A stretch of 64,000 bases of DNA from Octopus vulgaris (lineage: Eukaryota), in NCBI GenBank assembly GCA_951406725.2, contig OX597823.1, positions 64,108,001 through 64,172,000 of the forward strand, given 5' to 3'. Position 1 is the first letter of the stretch. Each line of letters opens with the position of its first letter. A program made the position numbers and the translations under genes. Below the pieces are notes generated by a model. That model searched no databases, was not told the origin of the DNA, and saw only the letters and a program-made list of their open reading frames with translations. Positions 26,728 through 41,611 of the stretch are shown piece by piece.

Positions 26728-28633
26728 AAGGGTGGACACTGTAGGGAGAGGGAGAGAGAAAGAGTTTTAATGCTCATCTCTTATTGGGTACCAGAATGGA
26801 ATAGAGACATGCAGTATTTAGCAGGCTGTTACAAGCAGTATTTAGTAGGGTGTGTTCAAAATGCTGTTACAGCAATCTCCTTCAATTTGGAATAACAAAA
26901 GTTGGCAGGTCATGCATAGAAAAGATATACTAAAATTATAATAATCTAGGCTGGTTGTACCTACCTCTCCTCAATTAGTCTCAAGACTTCTGGAATGACC
27001 CCTTTTTACCTCATAGCTCTGATATTATTAGTGTTATCTCCCCTAGTTGTTATATACTAGAATGTTGCTTGATAAAGTCAGGAACATGTTTTTGCCTCAT
27101 CACCTTTGATCGAGTCATATAATGTTACATCTTAATTAATTATCAGTTAAACAATACTATTGTCCTGTTGTGTCTGGGGAGAGTCATTCTCTTTTAGTGC
27201 CTTATAATTTAACACACTCACCAGTAAAATTTCCACTTATTTCTTTTTGTTTTTCTAAAGCACTAAAAGAGAATGACTCTTCCCAGACACAACAGAATAT
27301 GCTTCAACACACCAACTCACATAAAGAATCATGCAAACCAAATCCCAAAACGAAATACTATTGTCATTGATATGTAAATATTGTCACTAATAACGTGTAT
27401 TTAATTAAAGTGGCAAGCCGGTGGAATTGTTATTGTGCCAAACAAAATGCTTAGTGATATTTATTCTGGATTATATTCTAAGTTCCAATGCTGCCAAGGT
27501 CAACTTTGTCATCCATCCTTTTGAGGTCAATAAAACAAAGATAATTTGAGCACTGGGATTGATGTAATTGACCAGTCCTCTCTCTCAAAATTTTAGGCCT
27601 TGGACATACTGCAGAAAAGACCGATAACATATATATATATATATGTGTGGTAAGTAGCTTGTTTACCAACCACATGGTTCCGGGTTCAGTCCCACTGTGT
27701 GGCACCTTGGGCAAGTGTCTTCTACTATAGCCTCGGGCCGACCAAAGCCTTGTGAGTGGATTTGGTAGACGGAAGCTGAAAGAAGTCCGTTGTATATATG
27801 TATATATATATATATGTGTGTGTTTGTGTTTGTCCCCCTAGCATTGCTTGACAACCGATGCTGGTGTGTTTATGTCCCCGTTACTTAGCGGTTTGGCTAG
27901 AGAGACCGATAGAATAAGTACTGGGCTTACTTATACATACTTAAGAATAAGTCCCGGGGTCGAGTTGCTCGACTAAAGGCGGTGCCCCAGCATGGCTGCA
28001 GTCAAATGACTGAAACAAGTAAAAGAGTAAAAGAGGAAAAAGAGTAATATATATATATATATTGCAAATATACAAATTTGGAATTTGTTTTATGTTTATG
28101 AATTTGTTTTGCATGGTTCCTGATGTGAAATGGTGTGTTATATTTTGGGACGGTCATATTTTTTCTTGCTAAATAAGCACATGCAGTGTATATTCATTCT
28201 TCACTTGTTTATTATTGTTTAGCAAGATGGCAAAATTGTAAGCACACCAGACGAAATGCTTTGCAGCATTTTGCTTGTGTCTACATTCTGAGTTCAAATT
28301 CCAGCAACGTTGACTTTGCCTTTCATCCTTTGGGCAAGGGGGGGGGGTCGATAAATTAAGTACAACTGAAACACTTGTCATCCATCCTTTTGAGGTCATC
28401 CATCCAAAAGGGGGTTGTAATCGACTTAATCCTCACTCACAAGCTGCACTTGTGGCAAAAATTTGAAATCATTATTGTTCTTATTTTATCTTCTCTCCAT
28501 TGTCTGGAAATCTTTTGTCACACATCTGTGACCTCTTCAGAAACTCTTCCATCCACATGTTTCCTCCTGTTCTGTTTAGTTCATTCTGTCTCTTTATGAT
28601 GTGTGTGTTTTTACCTGCGCATGTGATTGTGTA

Positions 28634-28674
<41 letters not shown>

Positions 28675-31600
28675 ATGTGTGTGTGTGTGTGCATGTGTGT
28701 GTGTGTGTACATGTACGTGTACACATGTTTATGTGTTTTGTATGTGTTTTGTGTGTATATAGGTTTTCTTACTATATTTGTTTTACTATTACCTTAATTA
28801 AATAAATATTCTTATTTTGATAATTAGTGTACCAGTCTTTAGTATCTTTTCACCGTTATATTTGAAAAAAAGGAAAAGTTACATTTATTATACCTATGTA
28901 CCAACTCCGGATATTTTGTAGTGTGATAAAATATATCATCCCAAAATTGCATATCACATGATAGGCAACATTCTAGTTTGCACAGGCAAAAAATCATTGG
29001 TGATAATGATATGGGTTCCAGCTGATCCAATCAATGAAACAGCATGTTGGTGAAATTAACATGCAAGTGGCTGAGCACTCCACAGACATGTATCTCATGG
29101 AGATTGAGGGTGCCACAGGATGTTTCAAGGTTGGTTCTTTGAAATACAAGCACTACAAATTTTTGACAGCTGAGTGGACTGGAGCAACATGAAATAAAGT
29201 ATCTTGCTCAAAAGCACAACACACTTCTTGGTATTGAACTCACAGTCTTGAGCCAACAACCCTAACCACTTAGCCACATGCCTTCACATAGTACTATTTA
29301 CTCTTTTCTACTCTAGGCACAAAGCCCAAAATGTTTGGTGAGGTGGGTGCAGTCGATTAGATTGACTCCAGTATGCAACTGGTACTTTAATTTATCAACC
29401 CCGAATGAATGAAAGGCAAAGTCCACCTCGGTGTCAATACTATATACTACAAAGGTGAGCTGGCAGAAACGTTAGCACACCAGGCAAAATGCTTAGTGGT
29501 ATTTCATCTGCCGCTACGTTGTGAGTTCAAATTCCGCTGAGGTCGACTTTGCCTTTCATCCTTTCGGGGTCGATTAAATAAGTACCAGTTACGCACTGGG
29601 GTCGATGTAGTCGACTTAAACCCTTCGTCTCTCCTTGTTTGTCCCCTATATGTTTAGCTCCCTGTGGGTAATAAAGAATTAAATACTACATACTACACGG
29701 TATGTAATGCAATTGCTGATATAGATTGGCATGGCTTTATGTTAAGAAGTTTGCTGATCAAATTCATGGCTTCTGGTTCAATCCTATTGCTTGACATTTT
29801 GGGCACTGAATCCCCCATAGCATGTGTTGTCATCATCATCATCATCATCATCGTTTAACGTCCGTTTTCCGCGCTAGCACGGGTTGGACGGTTAGACCGG
29901 TGTCTGGGGAGCCAGGGGTTGCTCCAGGCTCCAGTCTGATCTGGCAGTGTTTCTACAGCTTGATGCCCTTCCTAACGCCAACCACTCCGCGAGTGTAGTG
30001 GGTGCTTTTTACGTGCCACCTGCACAGTGTTGTATACTGTTTTATTTTTTTTCATTGGTTTCAATCATTGCCCTGCAGCCAAGCTTTGCTAGTGTACATG
30101 TTTCAATGGTTTTTAGCCAATTATATTGACCCTAGTGCTTGATCTGGTACACATTCTATTAATAAGTTTTGAATGATTGGATTTACTTTGAGTTATGCAT
30201 CTTGTAGTGAGCTGTCAACCCTTCATCAGAAAATAACTCAAGGAATTTACATGAATTTACAACAGTATATACAAACAGACATCAACATAGGTACACATCA
30301 GATCATCATCGTCAGCATACTTATCATCATCATCATCATCATCACCCTCATCATCATTGTCATTGTCATCATCATCATCATTATCATCATTATCCTCATC
30401 ATTATTGTTTTCATTCACTTTCTCATGCTGGCATGTGCTGTTGTTGTTGTTGTTGTTGTTGTGGTTAAGCAACAAGATGGGTAAGGGTGATTAGGTGATA
30501 GTCTAGGGCTTAGGAGTGGGAGACCCCAGACCTTTGAAAAAAAAAAAAAACTTTGGTCGTCTTGTTGTAGTCGAGGGCTCTTCGTTGACGTGCGTCACCA
30601 CTGGGAGGTGGCCCTCGAAGTCGGTGGAAATGGAGATCTCCGGCTCCAAATTCTTGAAAGGCTGCTGGCATGTGCTGGAGGGGTTGTCTTAATTCAGAGC
30701 AGTTCTTATTTGAAGTTACTGCCTTCCCAGTTGAATCAAAGACCCCATCATGCTTGCACATTCCATTTTTTGACATGACTTCTACAAATGGATGATTCTC
30801 CTATCGCCATTTGCTTTACAGAGTGTGTAGGGCATATTTTATCATGATGTCAGCCCTAGAGATTTTGCTTTGCCCTTGTAAAGTTAAAAAGTCCTTTTAT
30901 ACTCTAATTTGTTACCATTTCTTCTCTGGTAGTTTGTTTTATCTTCAATAAGAATACAAAAAAACAATCACCTCTTCCCCACATTTTTTTCCATTTATTT
31001 GTTCCATTATTTTCCACTCAAATGGATTGGAAGAGAAATAGAGTGTTAAGAGTAAGAAGATTATAAGAGAGGTAGTAGTGAAAGAGAGAATGATAGACAG
31101 TTACATGATATTTGCAGGTAAGGAGGTTAGTTAGAAGCAGTATGATTGAGAGGATGAATGAAGAGAGATTCATGATAAAGAAGCTGGGCCAGGTGATGCT
31201 AGAAGAGAATCAGGTAGATGGGAGGGAGGAGAGAGGAATGAAATAGAGAGAGAGGAGATAGTTACATGAGGATTGTTGGTAAGGAGATTGAGTAGAGGCA
31301 GCAAGAGCTGTGTAAAATGAGAGGGGAGAGTGATAGCTGGGTGACAGGGGAAGAGAGAAAGAAAGAAAGAAAGAGAGAGAGGGATGGGAGAGAGACAATG
31401 ATTGATGCCAACAATTTGTGATAGAAGAGAGGGATTAATGTGAGAGTGAGTGATGGATAATGTTGGAGATGAATGAAGGTAAGAAAGTGGGAATGATGAT
31501 TGTCAAGTAATGATAGAAGAAAACATACTGTGAGAGAGTGATGGTTAGCAATAAAGATGGGTGGTGGAAAGAGTGGATTATGTATGGATAGATTCAATGT

Positions 31601-32726
31601 GATGCCATCCATCATTACATAAGCAATCTGATGGGAGAGAATTAAAGTGACAGTGAGGAAGGGAGAGTAATTGATAGATGAGAGTAATGAAGAAGAAAGA
31701 CAAAAAGTGATGGTTGGAAATTTAAGATAAATGTAATGGTTGAGATATTTCCAAATGTTGATATTATACATCTGCTCTCCATACACACATGCAAACACAC
31801 ACAGGTACATACAAACACATACATACATACATATAATTTTTCTATGCTGGCATGGACTATAGGAATGCATATCAATGAAGTGTTGCTCTTAAAGTCAGAT
31901 GCCCATACTTACGTTAACCCTCACCTGTTCTCCAGCTAAGAGTAATGTTTTGTTATAATCCACTTGTCTTCAAAAGTGGAAGCACTCCGTCAGTTACGAT
32001 GACGAGGGTTCCGGTTGATCCGAATCAACGGAACAGCCTGCTCGTGAAATTAACGTGTAAGTGGCTGAGCACTCCACAGACACGTGTACCCTTAACGTAG
32101 TTCTCGGGGATATTCAGCGTGACACAGAGTGACAAGGCCGGCCTTTTGAAATACAGGTACAACAGAAACAGGAAGTAAGAGTGAGAGAAAGTTGTGGTGA
32201 AAGAGTACAGCAGGGATCACCACCATCCCCTGCCGGAACCTCGTGGAGCTTTAGGTGTTTTCGCTCAATAAACACTCACAATGCCCGGTTTGGGAATTGA
32301 AACCGCGATCCTATGACCGCGAGTCCACTGCCCTAACCACTGGGCCATTGCACCTCCCCGTCTTCAACAGTACTGAGTTATTGGATGATTTATTGACTGG
32401 AAACTTTTGAAAAAACTTCACCGTTTTGTAGCTCACTGCTTTCAAATGTTTGGCTATGTGGTTAGGAAGGTTGATTCCCATCCAGTTAGTTTTGAGTTCA
32501 GTCCCATTGTATAGTACCTTGGGCAAGTGTTTTCTACTATATTTCTGGGCTGCTCAAGCTTTGTATGTGGATTTGGTAGACAGGAACTGAATAAAGCACA
32601 TCATTTAATATAGATAGATACACACATGCATACATACACATATGCACACATATATAAATACACGCACGCACATGTTTATATCTACATATATATAATGTCT
32701 GTCTGTTCTGAATATACATACATACA

Positions 32727-32777
<51 letters not shown>

Positions 32778-33952
32778 GTGTTAGCTTATATGTGTAAGCA
32801 TAATTATCTGTATGTATGCATGTATGTATGTATGTATGTATGTATGTATGCATGTATGTCTAAGTATATCATTATTCAGTTTTAGTTCAAGATTTCTTGC
32901 CAATAGAGAAAGAATCGGTTTCTAACCTACATCCAAGGTTCCTTCATTGGAATTTCAGCATCAACAACAGGGTATTTTTGTTTGTATGTATGTATGTACG
33001 TATGTATGTACATATGTATGTTTTGTATGTATGTATGTATGTATGTATGTACGTATGTACATATGTATGTATGTTTTGTATGTATGTTTTGTATGTATGT
33101 ATGTATGTATGTATGTTTGTATGTATTATGTTTGTATATATGTCATTATTCAGTTTATTTCAAGATTTCTATGGTCTTCTCTTTGTTTTTCTAATTCAGA
33201 ATAAATTTTGTCTGGTCACCTATTTGGCAGCAAGGTTGTGAAGGGGAGCATCTGGTTTTGTTCATCCTCCTTTAAATCTTAAGAAGGTCTCGCAGATTTT
33301 TACAATCCCAGATATTATGACCATTTGTTGTGTATGAATTAGGGATTTGAATTGTGTGTGTGTGTTTGAGTGTTTGTGTGTTTATGTGCATGTGTGCATG
33401 TGTGTCTGTTTGTATGTTAGTGTGTTTATGTGCGTGTGTGTGTGTGTGTGTGTGTGTGAAAGTATATATGTTGGTCAGTTCTGTCTACCAAATTTCACAT
33501 ACAAGGTTTTGATTCCCCCAACACTACGGCAAAGGCCATCATGCTTGCCAAAGCTGCTGGGTACATTGTGGTATTGCACTCAGAACTGTATGGCTTCTAA
33601 TCAAATTCCTTGACCACTGTGTCAAGGAAACTTCCTCCCTATTGGGACAGATCACAAGAAAATATTTTCATTTCTTTCATGCTACCTGGTTTTTGTGGAT
33701 ATAAATCTAATTTTATATTTAACTAATGAAATTAATATAATTATCATTTTTGTAAATATCAATTCCATATGTAATGTAATCAGATATTTGCTTCTTTTTA
33801 AGGTGCTTATTTAAAATATACATTAGCAAACAAATGATCCTTTGATAACAAATCCAAAAATAAAAATTAAAAAAAACAGAAAATAATTATGCCATTTACC
33901 CTCTTTATCATCTGCAACATTATTATTATTGTTATTATTTTTGTTGCCATCG

Positions 33953-33984
<32 letters not shown>

Positions 33985-34287
33985 GTTATTGTAGTTGTTG
34001 TTCTTCTTAAGAGATAAAAAGAGCAAAGACTTAAGCATTCATAGAATTGCTGCCAGTTGTTTATGGAAATTTATAATTATGTTTTTGCTCTAATACGTGC
34101 TTAGTTGTAAAGAAAAGTTGTTGATTTGTTGATTTCATGAAAACAAAAACAAAAAAAAAACAACAAAAATATTAAAAAAATTTTTCTTAATAAGTCTTGT
34201 GTTTACAAACTATTAACAACTGCCCATGAGGATATTACCTATATACGTACATACATACATATGTATGCATGCATGTATGTATATGTG

Positions 34288-34344
<57 letters not shown>

Positions 34345-34353
34345 ATATATATA

Positions 34354-34453
<100 letters not shown>

Positions 34454-35099
34454 TGTATATAGATAGATAGATAGATAGATAGATATGGATAAATTGATAA
34501 ATAGATAGATACACACATGCATACATACACCTATGCGCACATATATAAATACATGCAAACACACATATTTATATCTTATATCATATATAATGTCTGTCTC
34601 TTCTGTATATACATACATACATATATATATATGTTAGCTTATATGTGTAAGCATAATTATCTGTATGCATGCATTACACATCCAATACATGCACACACAT
34701 ATATGCATATATATGTGTGTGCTTGCATACACACGTAAATGTATATACATATACACATACTCATATACTCACACTTACATACAAATGTATATACATGCCA
34801 TTATAAGATAATTGTGGCTTTCCTTATCTTATTCAAATAATTAATTGTTATTGGTCGTCTCGCTCTGACGAGATACTGTGTGAGCAGACAGACATATATT
34901 ATTGCTATCTATGGAAACTGGAAATCACTGCTAGACTAAATTTTGTAGACATTTGAATGCATCAGACTCTGATAAAGTCTTCTTTTATTTCTGATTACAT
35001 TTTATTTTCTGAAATTTACTCAAAATTTCAGTTATATAATCAGCAGTTTATGATAAACTACCTAATTTTATGATATTTCCATTTGAATGTAATTGCCTG

Positions 35100-35135
<36 letters not shown>

Positions 35136-35477
35136 CATCATCATCATCATCAACACAAAGCTCAGATTTGGTCTTATTCCTGGTAGAATTTATGTGGGTA
35201 GCGGGTTACTACCTGTTACCTTAGGTTTCCATACGTTTTTGGCAGTCATTCATGCTTAGAACACTCCTGATAATCCTTGGTGTCTCATTATTATTGTAAT
35301 AATAATAATAATAATTATTATTATTATTATATTTATTATATAATAATTATATTATTATATTATATAATAATTATATTATATTATATTATTATATTATATA
35401 ATAATAATTATATAATATTATAATATTTATTATATAATAATTATATTATTATATAATAATAATAATTATTATTATTA

Positions 35478-35516
<39 letters not shown>

Positions 35517-35952
35517 GACAATGATGATAGTTTCTTTATCAGCCTCAAGGGCTCAAGGGGAGAGGAGACAGAAAAATTCCAGGTAATGTTAAACAGGGGG
35601 CACTTACAAAAATGGATTGTGTGTGTGGAGAAAATATACAAAGATGAGAGAACAGGTGAAAGATGTTATATAATATATAACTGGGCAAATTAAAAAAGTA
35701 TAAAACACGAAAGAGCTTTAGCAAAGTATTTTCAGGAGAGGAGATTCCAAAATCTATTGAGAAAAGGCTTTGTGTTTTATTATCCCATTCATTTAATCAT
35801 TTCTCAAATTGTGTTCAAGTGCAACTGAATGTTCCTGTAAGCAGTTTTTGAGACGTTTAATGTTTTGAAAAAAAAAAAATGTTTCTGAAAATTTGGTATT
35901 ATGTCTTAATTTTTAATTTTATTAGAAATTTATCTTTTGCATATTGTTTATA

Positions 35953-36900
35953 TCAGATAATTGACAACACAGTTGAAGAGGTTGGGGGTGGCCATGCAGC
36001 CCTGTCTTACCCTGCTGTTGATAGGAAACCAGTCAGAGTCCATCCTCCTCAAAGTCTGTGAGCAAGTCTCTGGTGTTACCTTTGAGAATTACCACCTTAC
36101 CAATCTAGAGAATGTGGATGATAGCACCTCAATCGACCAGCTCAGGGACACACTGACTATTTACCGAGAAGAATCAGCAAAGTTTGGCCTTCAAATGAGT
36201 TGGGTGAAGACCAAGCTGATGCATATTGGAGATAGCCTGGGCCCTTCCCTTCTCCATATTGATCCTGACATCATGGCGTTTGTCAGTTTCTTCATTTACT
36301 TGGGATCCACAGTCACCAGCAATGGAGACCTGACCCCAGAGGTCAACCGCAGATGTGGTCTGGTTGCGGGGATCATGTACTCTCTATGAAAACGTCTTTG
36401 GCATTACTACTCTATTTCCCAGGATACATCTACAATGTACTGGTCCTTTCCATTCTCCTTAATGGATCAGAAATGTGGTCCCTGTTGAAGACCGTGGTAA
36501 TCAGAATTGATGGCTTTGATAGTAGAGCCCTGAGAACCATAGAGAACATCAGATGGTACTATCACATTTTCTACAAAGAATTGCATGCGCACCTCATAGC
36601 TATCCATTACATGTGCTGGTATGGACATGTCCTCTGTCTTGTGCTAGATCATCCTACTAGGGCTTTACTCTCATTTGACACAGCAGCTGTGGGCTGGGAC
36701 AGGCCTTTTGGGAGGCCTTGCACTAGATGACTGGATGTGATTAAGGAAGATCTCCAGAAGCTTAATATTATCTTGGAAGATGCAGAGGGGTCAACATAGG
36801 ACAGCCAGCAATGGAGAGCACTGGTAGACCTGGTTGACTTTATGCATGATAACATCTCTGGGACCACTAACCTAGGATGACCCCAGCCTCATCTAGCAAG
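35953..36900 (+). mobile_element. 5'-truncated, 5'-inverted RTE-clade LINE remnant (RT C-terminal half)
   Basis: Plus strand: LTNLENVDD (YADD site), KTKLM, FIYLGS, EVNRR, WYGHV, RPFGRP..R*LDVIKEDL, WRALV. Segment 35953-~36045 is inverted and encodes DSDWFPINSRVRQGCMATPNLFNCVVNYL on the minus strand. Confidence 0.85.
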
Positions 36901-38125
36901 AACATGAAGCTAGCCAGCCATATTGTTTATATTCTGTGGTACCGCAGATGCTTACATGCTTGTTTGATTTTCAAAGAATGGTAAATCTTAGTTCGTCTTT
37001 GTTCTCTTCATTTTCTCTGTTATTTTTCTGAGGAAGAATTTGTTTCTCCTCACCTGTTTCCTTTGTTTTATATTGAATCATTTCTTGTAATTATTTTCTC
37101 CTGGTAGTATAAATAAGGTGTGGTACTACAATTTAGTACTGTTAGCGGATGAGATGTTTGCTGATCTATTTCTGATACAGGCCCTAAAGACATTTCCTTT
37201 GCCATCCCCAGAGTTTTGGCTGGTGGTACTCTGGAATCTAGGATTTATTGTTCTTTTGGCTGTTACTCTTACTCTTCATTATTTTTGTCTCCTTTGCTTC
37301 TGCTTAGTCTTCAGAATATTTTGTTCTAAGGTGTGTTTTACTCCAACAAATATAAAAGGGTAAAGATCCCCTTTGGTCATGAATGACCATAGGATTGCAC
37401 CTAGAAAATTCTCCTCCAAGGCACAAGTCTGGGCAAGGTTGTTTGTGGAAGACCAACAGTTGCCCATGCATACCAGTCTCCCCATCACACCACTGATGTT
37501 ATCCAAGGGAAAGGCAAAGGCTGATACAATTTGGCACCAGAGATGTTGCTACTTATTTATACAGCTGAGTGAACTGGAGCAATGTGAAATAAAGTGCCTT
37601 GCTCAAGAACGCAACACACAGCCCAGTCTGGGAATCAAACTCACAATCTTAGGATTGTAAGCCTGATGCTCTAACCAAAGAGCCATATGCCTTCACTCTG
37701 ACTAATATAACAACTAGGTTTCCTATTCTATATCATTAATTGTATGTCTTGTTGCCTTCTATTAGGCACAGTTACAGTTTCAGTCTATGGCCTTTGGGTG
37801 TCATTAAAACTTCTAAATCCATTTTGACATTTGACAAAAGATCGTCTTTTGTTAACTTGCTTTGATCTCTCTCTCCATATTGGTACACTAAAGTAACTAC
37901 GAGCCATGGACCTACATCATGTATCCAGTATTTCTTATTGTGATTCTTGTGTTTCGTTGACATATGTACTCAGTTTTAAAGATATAGCAGATTTTGCCTT
38001 CAGTTTTGCCTCCTTCACTTGTGATAATTTCTGTTGATATTTCCTGTATAGCTTGTGCAGGCACATGGCTTGGTGGTTAGGGTTTTGGACTCATGATTGT
38101 ACGATTGTGGTTTCAATTCCTGGAC

Positions 38126-38710
38126 TTGAATGAAGTTTTTCTTGTTTGAGAAAAACCAAATCAAATCTTCTTTTGCTAGATTTTTCAGTTTGTTTAAGAG
38201 CCTTTTAGATCTGATTTGGTGATTTTCTTTTGCTTTTTCTAACATAAATTGACCTTTCCTCATTATAGAGAACTTATATCTGAAGTCTTTGTGGGCAACA
38301 TTTCTGACTGTTCCTTCTGACATATGGAGATCTTTTGCAATTGACCTCATGGACTTTCTGGGATTGCACTCAATGGTCTGTCGAACTTGCTGGATAAATT
38401 CAGGTGTTCTGATAATTTCAGAGTATTTAGAATGCTTTTTATGCTTTGATACTGGTGATGCGTTTCCATCTTCAGTCTCTAGCTCCTTACAAACTTTGTA
38501 GAAGAAAGATCTGGCAACTTTTAAAACTCGAGATATTTTTAAATCGCTATTTTCAGCCTTTATAACCATAACAACAGCATGCTTCTTCATTTCTTGAGTA
38601 AGCTGAAGGTTTGCCATTATCATTTTCTGAAAGAAAGATTATACAGAGTAAACAAAAAATGCAGCAATGACCCCAAAAATGACATGTCCTCAAATACCTT
38701 ATGCACCCTA
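38126..38710 (-). mobile_element. Tc1/mariner-superfamily transposase 5' half (maT/DD37D-like), truncated by a SINE head
   Basis: ORF 38015-38623 has two HTH-like regions (ISRVLKVARS..YKV; NPRKSMRSIAKDLHMSEGTVR) and WFFSNKKNF (a decayed FSDEK.F). TIR-like tagggtgcataaggtatttgag lies next to TA repeats. Confidence 0.8.
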
Positions 38711-39140
38711 TATATATATGTATTTATATATATACATTCCTTTCAGTTGGGATGGAACCCTGAACTGTCATATATAATGCAAATTCACATCACTCTTGGC
38801 TTCTGTGCTACTCTCCCAGAATAATCAAAAGACATAAAAAAAAAGAAAAAAAGAGAAAAACACTGTTGTTTGAAAAATTCCTTTCAAAATACCAAGACAT
38901 ATTAAGATGAAAGTTAAGACTAATAACGTGGAAAATTTGAATTAATATTGGATTAACTCAGAAATTTAGACAATAATCATTCTTCTACTCTTGTATTTGT
39001 AAAACTAATTTTTTTTTTTCATGTTTGATCACAATATTCTAATTTTGCAGACTGCTAAGCGTTTTGTGAATGTGTGTGTGTGTGTGTGTTTGTGTGGCAT
39101 ATTATGTGCATATGAAAGAAAAAGAGACAGATTGACAGAT

Positions 39141-39227
<87 letters not shown>

Positions 39228-40009
39228 CACATGCATGCACACAACCAGGTGTAGAAACCATACCTAAGCAATGGAGCTTGATACAGCTTTCTAGATCATT
39301 ATCTCCTGTCAAACATTCCGACTCATGCTAGCATGGAAAAGAGATGTTAAATGATAATGATGATGATGATGATGATATATATATCTTAATATTACAAAGT
39401 ATAGTTTTTATTCTTAAGTTTTAATTCGTAATTTTTAATCTTTAATGCTTAACTGTATTGCTTATTCTTAAAGGAATGTAAAATTAGATATATAATATTT
39501 TGAAATAGAACCTGAAGATATGTTGGAAAAATTGTAGATCTGATGATTGCATATATGTATTTATATATGTATATATATGGGTATACAGTTGAATATATGT
39601 ATATATATGTTGTAATCTTCCAATACTGAAACACATGTAGTTCCTTCATATTTAATAAATATAAGTATTGACTAAAGTATGATATAATTAATGAAGTACA
39701 TTATATACCCAGCTGAAATTTTGGTGATGATAAACAAAAAAATGAATGAAACAGTTTTAAATCTCAAAGGCATAAGTGAATTATCTTTTATCTGTCACTT
39801 CTTTCAGTCATTAGATTGTGGCCAAGCTGGGGCACAACCTTGAAAAATTTTTAGTCAAATGAATCAACCTCCAGTATTTATTTTATTTCTTTTTCCTTAA
39901 ACCGGGTACCTGTTCTATCAGTCACTTTGTAAAACTACTACATTATGGGGACATAAACACACCAACACCAGTTGTCAAGTAATGATGGCAGATGAACACT
40001 GATGCAAAG

Positions 40010-40040
<31 letters not shown>

Positions 40041-40644
40041 CCTATACAATGGGCTTATTTCAGTTTCCATCTACCAAATTCATTCACAAAGCTCAGGATG
40101 GCCTGAGGCTGTAGTAGAAGACACTTGCCCAGGGTGTCATGCAGTGGGACTGGACCTGGTTGAGAAGCAAGCTTCTTACCACACAGCCATTCCTGCACAA
40201 AAAATAAAAAATGATTTAAATCTTAAACATTAGCTGAGAGAAGGAAAAACAAAATAACGAATTACAGAGATTGCTGGGAACTCAGCCAGAGGTGGATGAA
40301 GTGATTGGATCATGTGTTGCAAAAGGATGAAAATGACCGAGTGAGAAGAATGATGCAAATGAAGTACAAGATAGGGGGCGGGGAATGAAAAGTCTGTTAT
40401 AAGACTTAAAGGCTACTGTAACAAAGGGAAAAACAGCCTTAGACCTTAAAACACTTACGGATTATTAGCCTCAAATTTAGAGCTCAAATGTAGAGCTCTG
40501 TGCAGCTGAAATCCAGGATAGGATATCCAATTTATGAGGAGTATATAATAGACAGTAAAAAGTCCCGAGATATGAAAGATAAATATATTTCTTTAACTGC
40601 TTGTTATCTGTAGCTGTTTTACAGTCTTGATCATTTATAAATAA

Positions 40645-41035
40645 CTAGCAGTATCGCCCGGCGTTGCTCGGGTTTGTAAGGGAAATAACTATAAAGCATT
40701 TTTAGAGAGTTATAGCCAAAAAATAGCAAAAAATGCATTAAAAATGGAAAAAAATTATGGTAAATTTTTTTTAAATCGTTGACTCATCGTAGACATTTTT
40801 AGAGAGTTACTTCCCTTATATTTAAAAATATATGCATTAAAATGGAAAAAATGATGGTAAATTATTTTTTAAATCATAGACTCATTATAGATGCGCGCTA
40901 ATACCCAGAAGGGCTCAATATGAATCACGACTATAAGATACCCGGTTTTGGTTAAACTGCACCGCAAAATGTGGGAGTAGTTAGGAATCTAAATTGGAGT
41001 AGACAGACACACAACCTTTCTTTTATATATAAAGA
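40645..41035 (-). mobile_element. Non-autonomous Helitron
   Basis: Minus strand a|TCTTTATATATAAAAG ... cccgagcaacgccgggcgatactgCTAG|t. Confidence 0.85.
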
Positions 41036-41247
41036 TTTCAGTGTATAATCAATTGTTTTTGTACATCTGCAACAATATGTATGCTGCACAACTCTAGAAT
41101 TGAAGCATTGGTGTAACCACGATGTTCTAGTGATCTGAAGAGCTAGCCTTCTATATCTGCATTGGTATGTATTTGTACAATTGTACTGTGCAATGTATAG
41201 CATGCATATTGGTGCAAACATGTAAAATAATCTATTGCACATGAAAA

Positions 41248-41611
41248 TCTTTATATATAAAAGTGAAGTTGTGTGTCTGTCTCCTACGATTTAGCAGTAC
41301 AGTTTAACCAAAACCAGGTATCTTATAGTCGTGATTCATATCGAGCCTTTCTGGGTATTAGCGTGCATCTACGATGAGTCTACGATTTAAAAAAAAAATT
41401 TACCATAATTTTTTTCCATTTTAATGCATTTTTTCGCTATTATATAAGGGAAGTAACTCTCTAAAAATGTCTACGATGAGTCAACGATTTAAAAAAAAAT
41501 TTACCATCATTTTTTTTCCATTTTTTTGCTATTTTTTGGCTATAACTCTCTAAAAATGCTTATATAGTTATTTCCCTTACAAACCCGAGCAACGCCGGGT
41601 GATACTGCTAG
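41248..41611 (+). mobile_element. Non-autonomous Helitron of the same family, in opposite orientation
   Basis: a|TCTTTATATATAAAAG ... cccgagcaacgccgggtgatactgCTAG|t. Confidence 0.85.

Noticed and set aside
31000-31740. Purine-rich strand-biased tract with a 202-aa minus-strand ORF
   Set aside because: Low-complexity GA-rich sequence; the ORF starts in a microsatellite and has no recognisable domain or splice structure.
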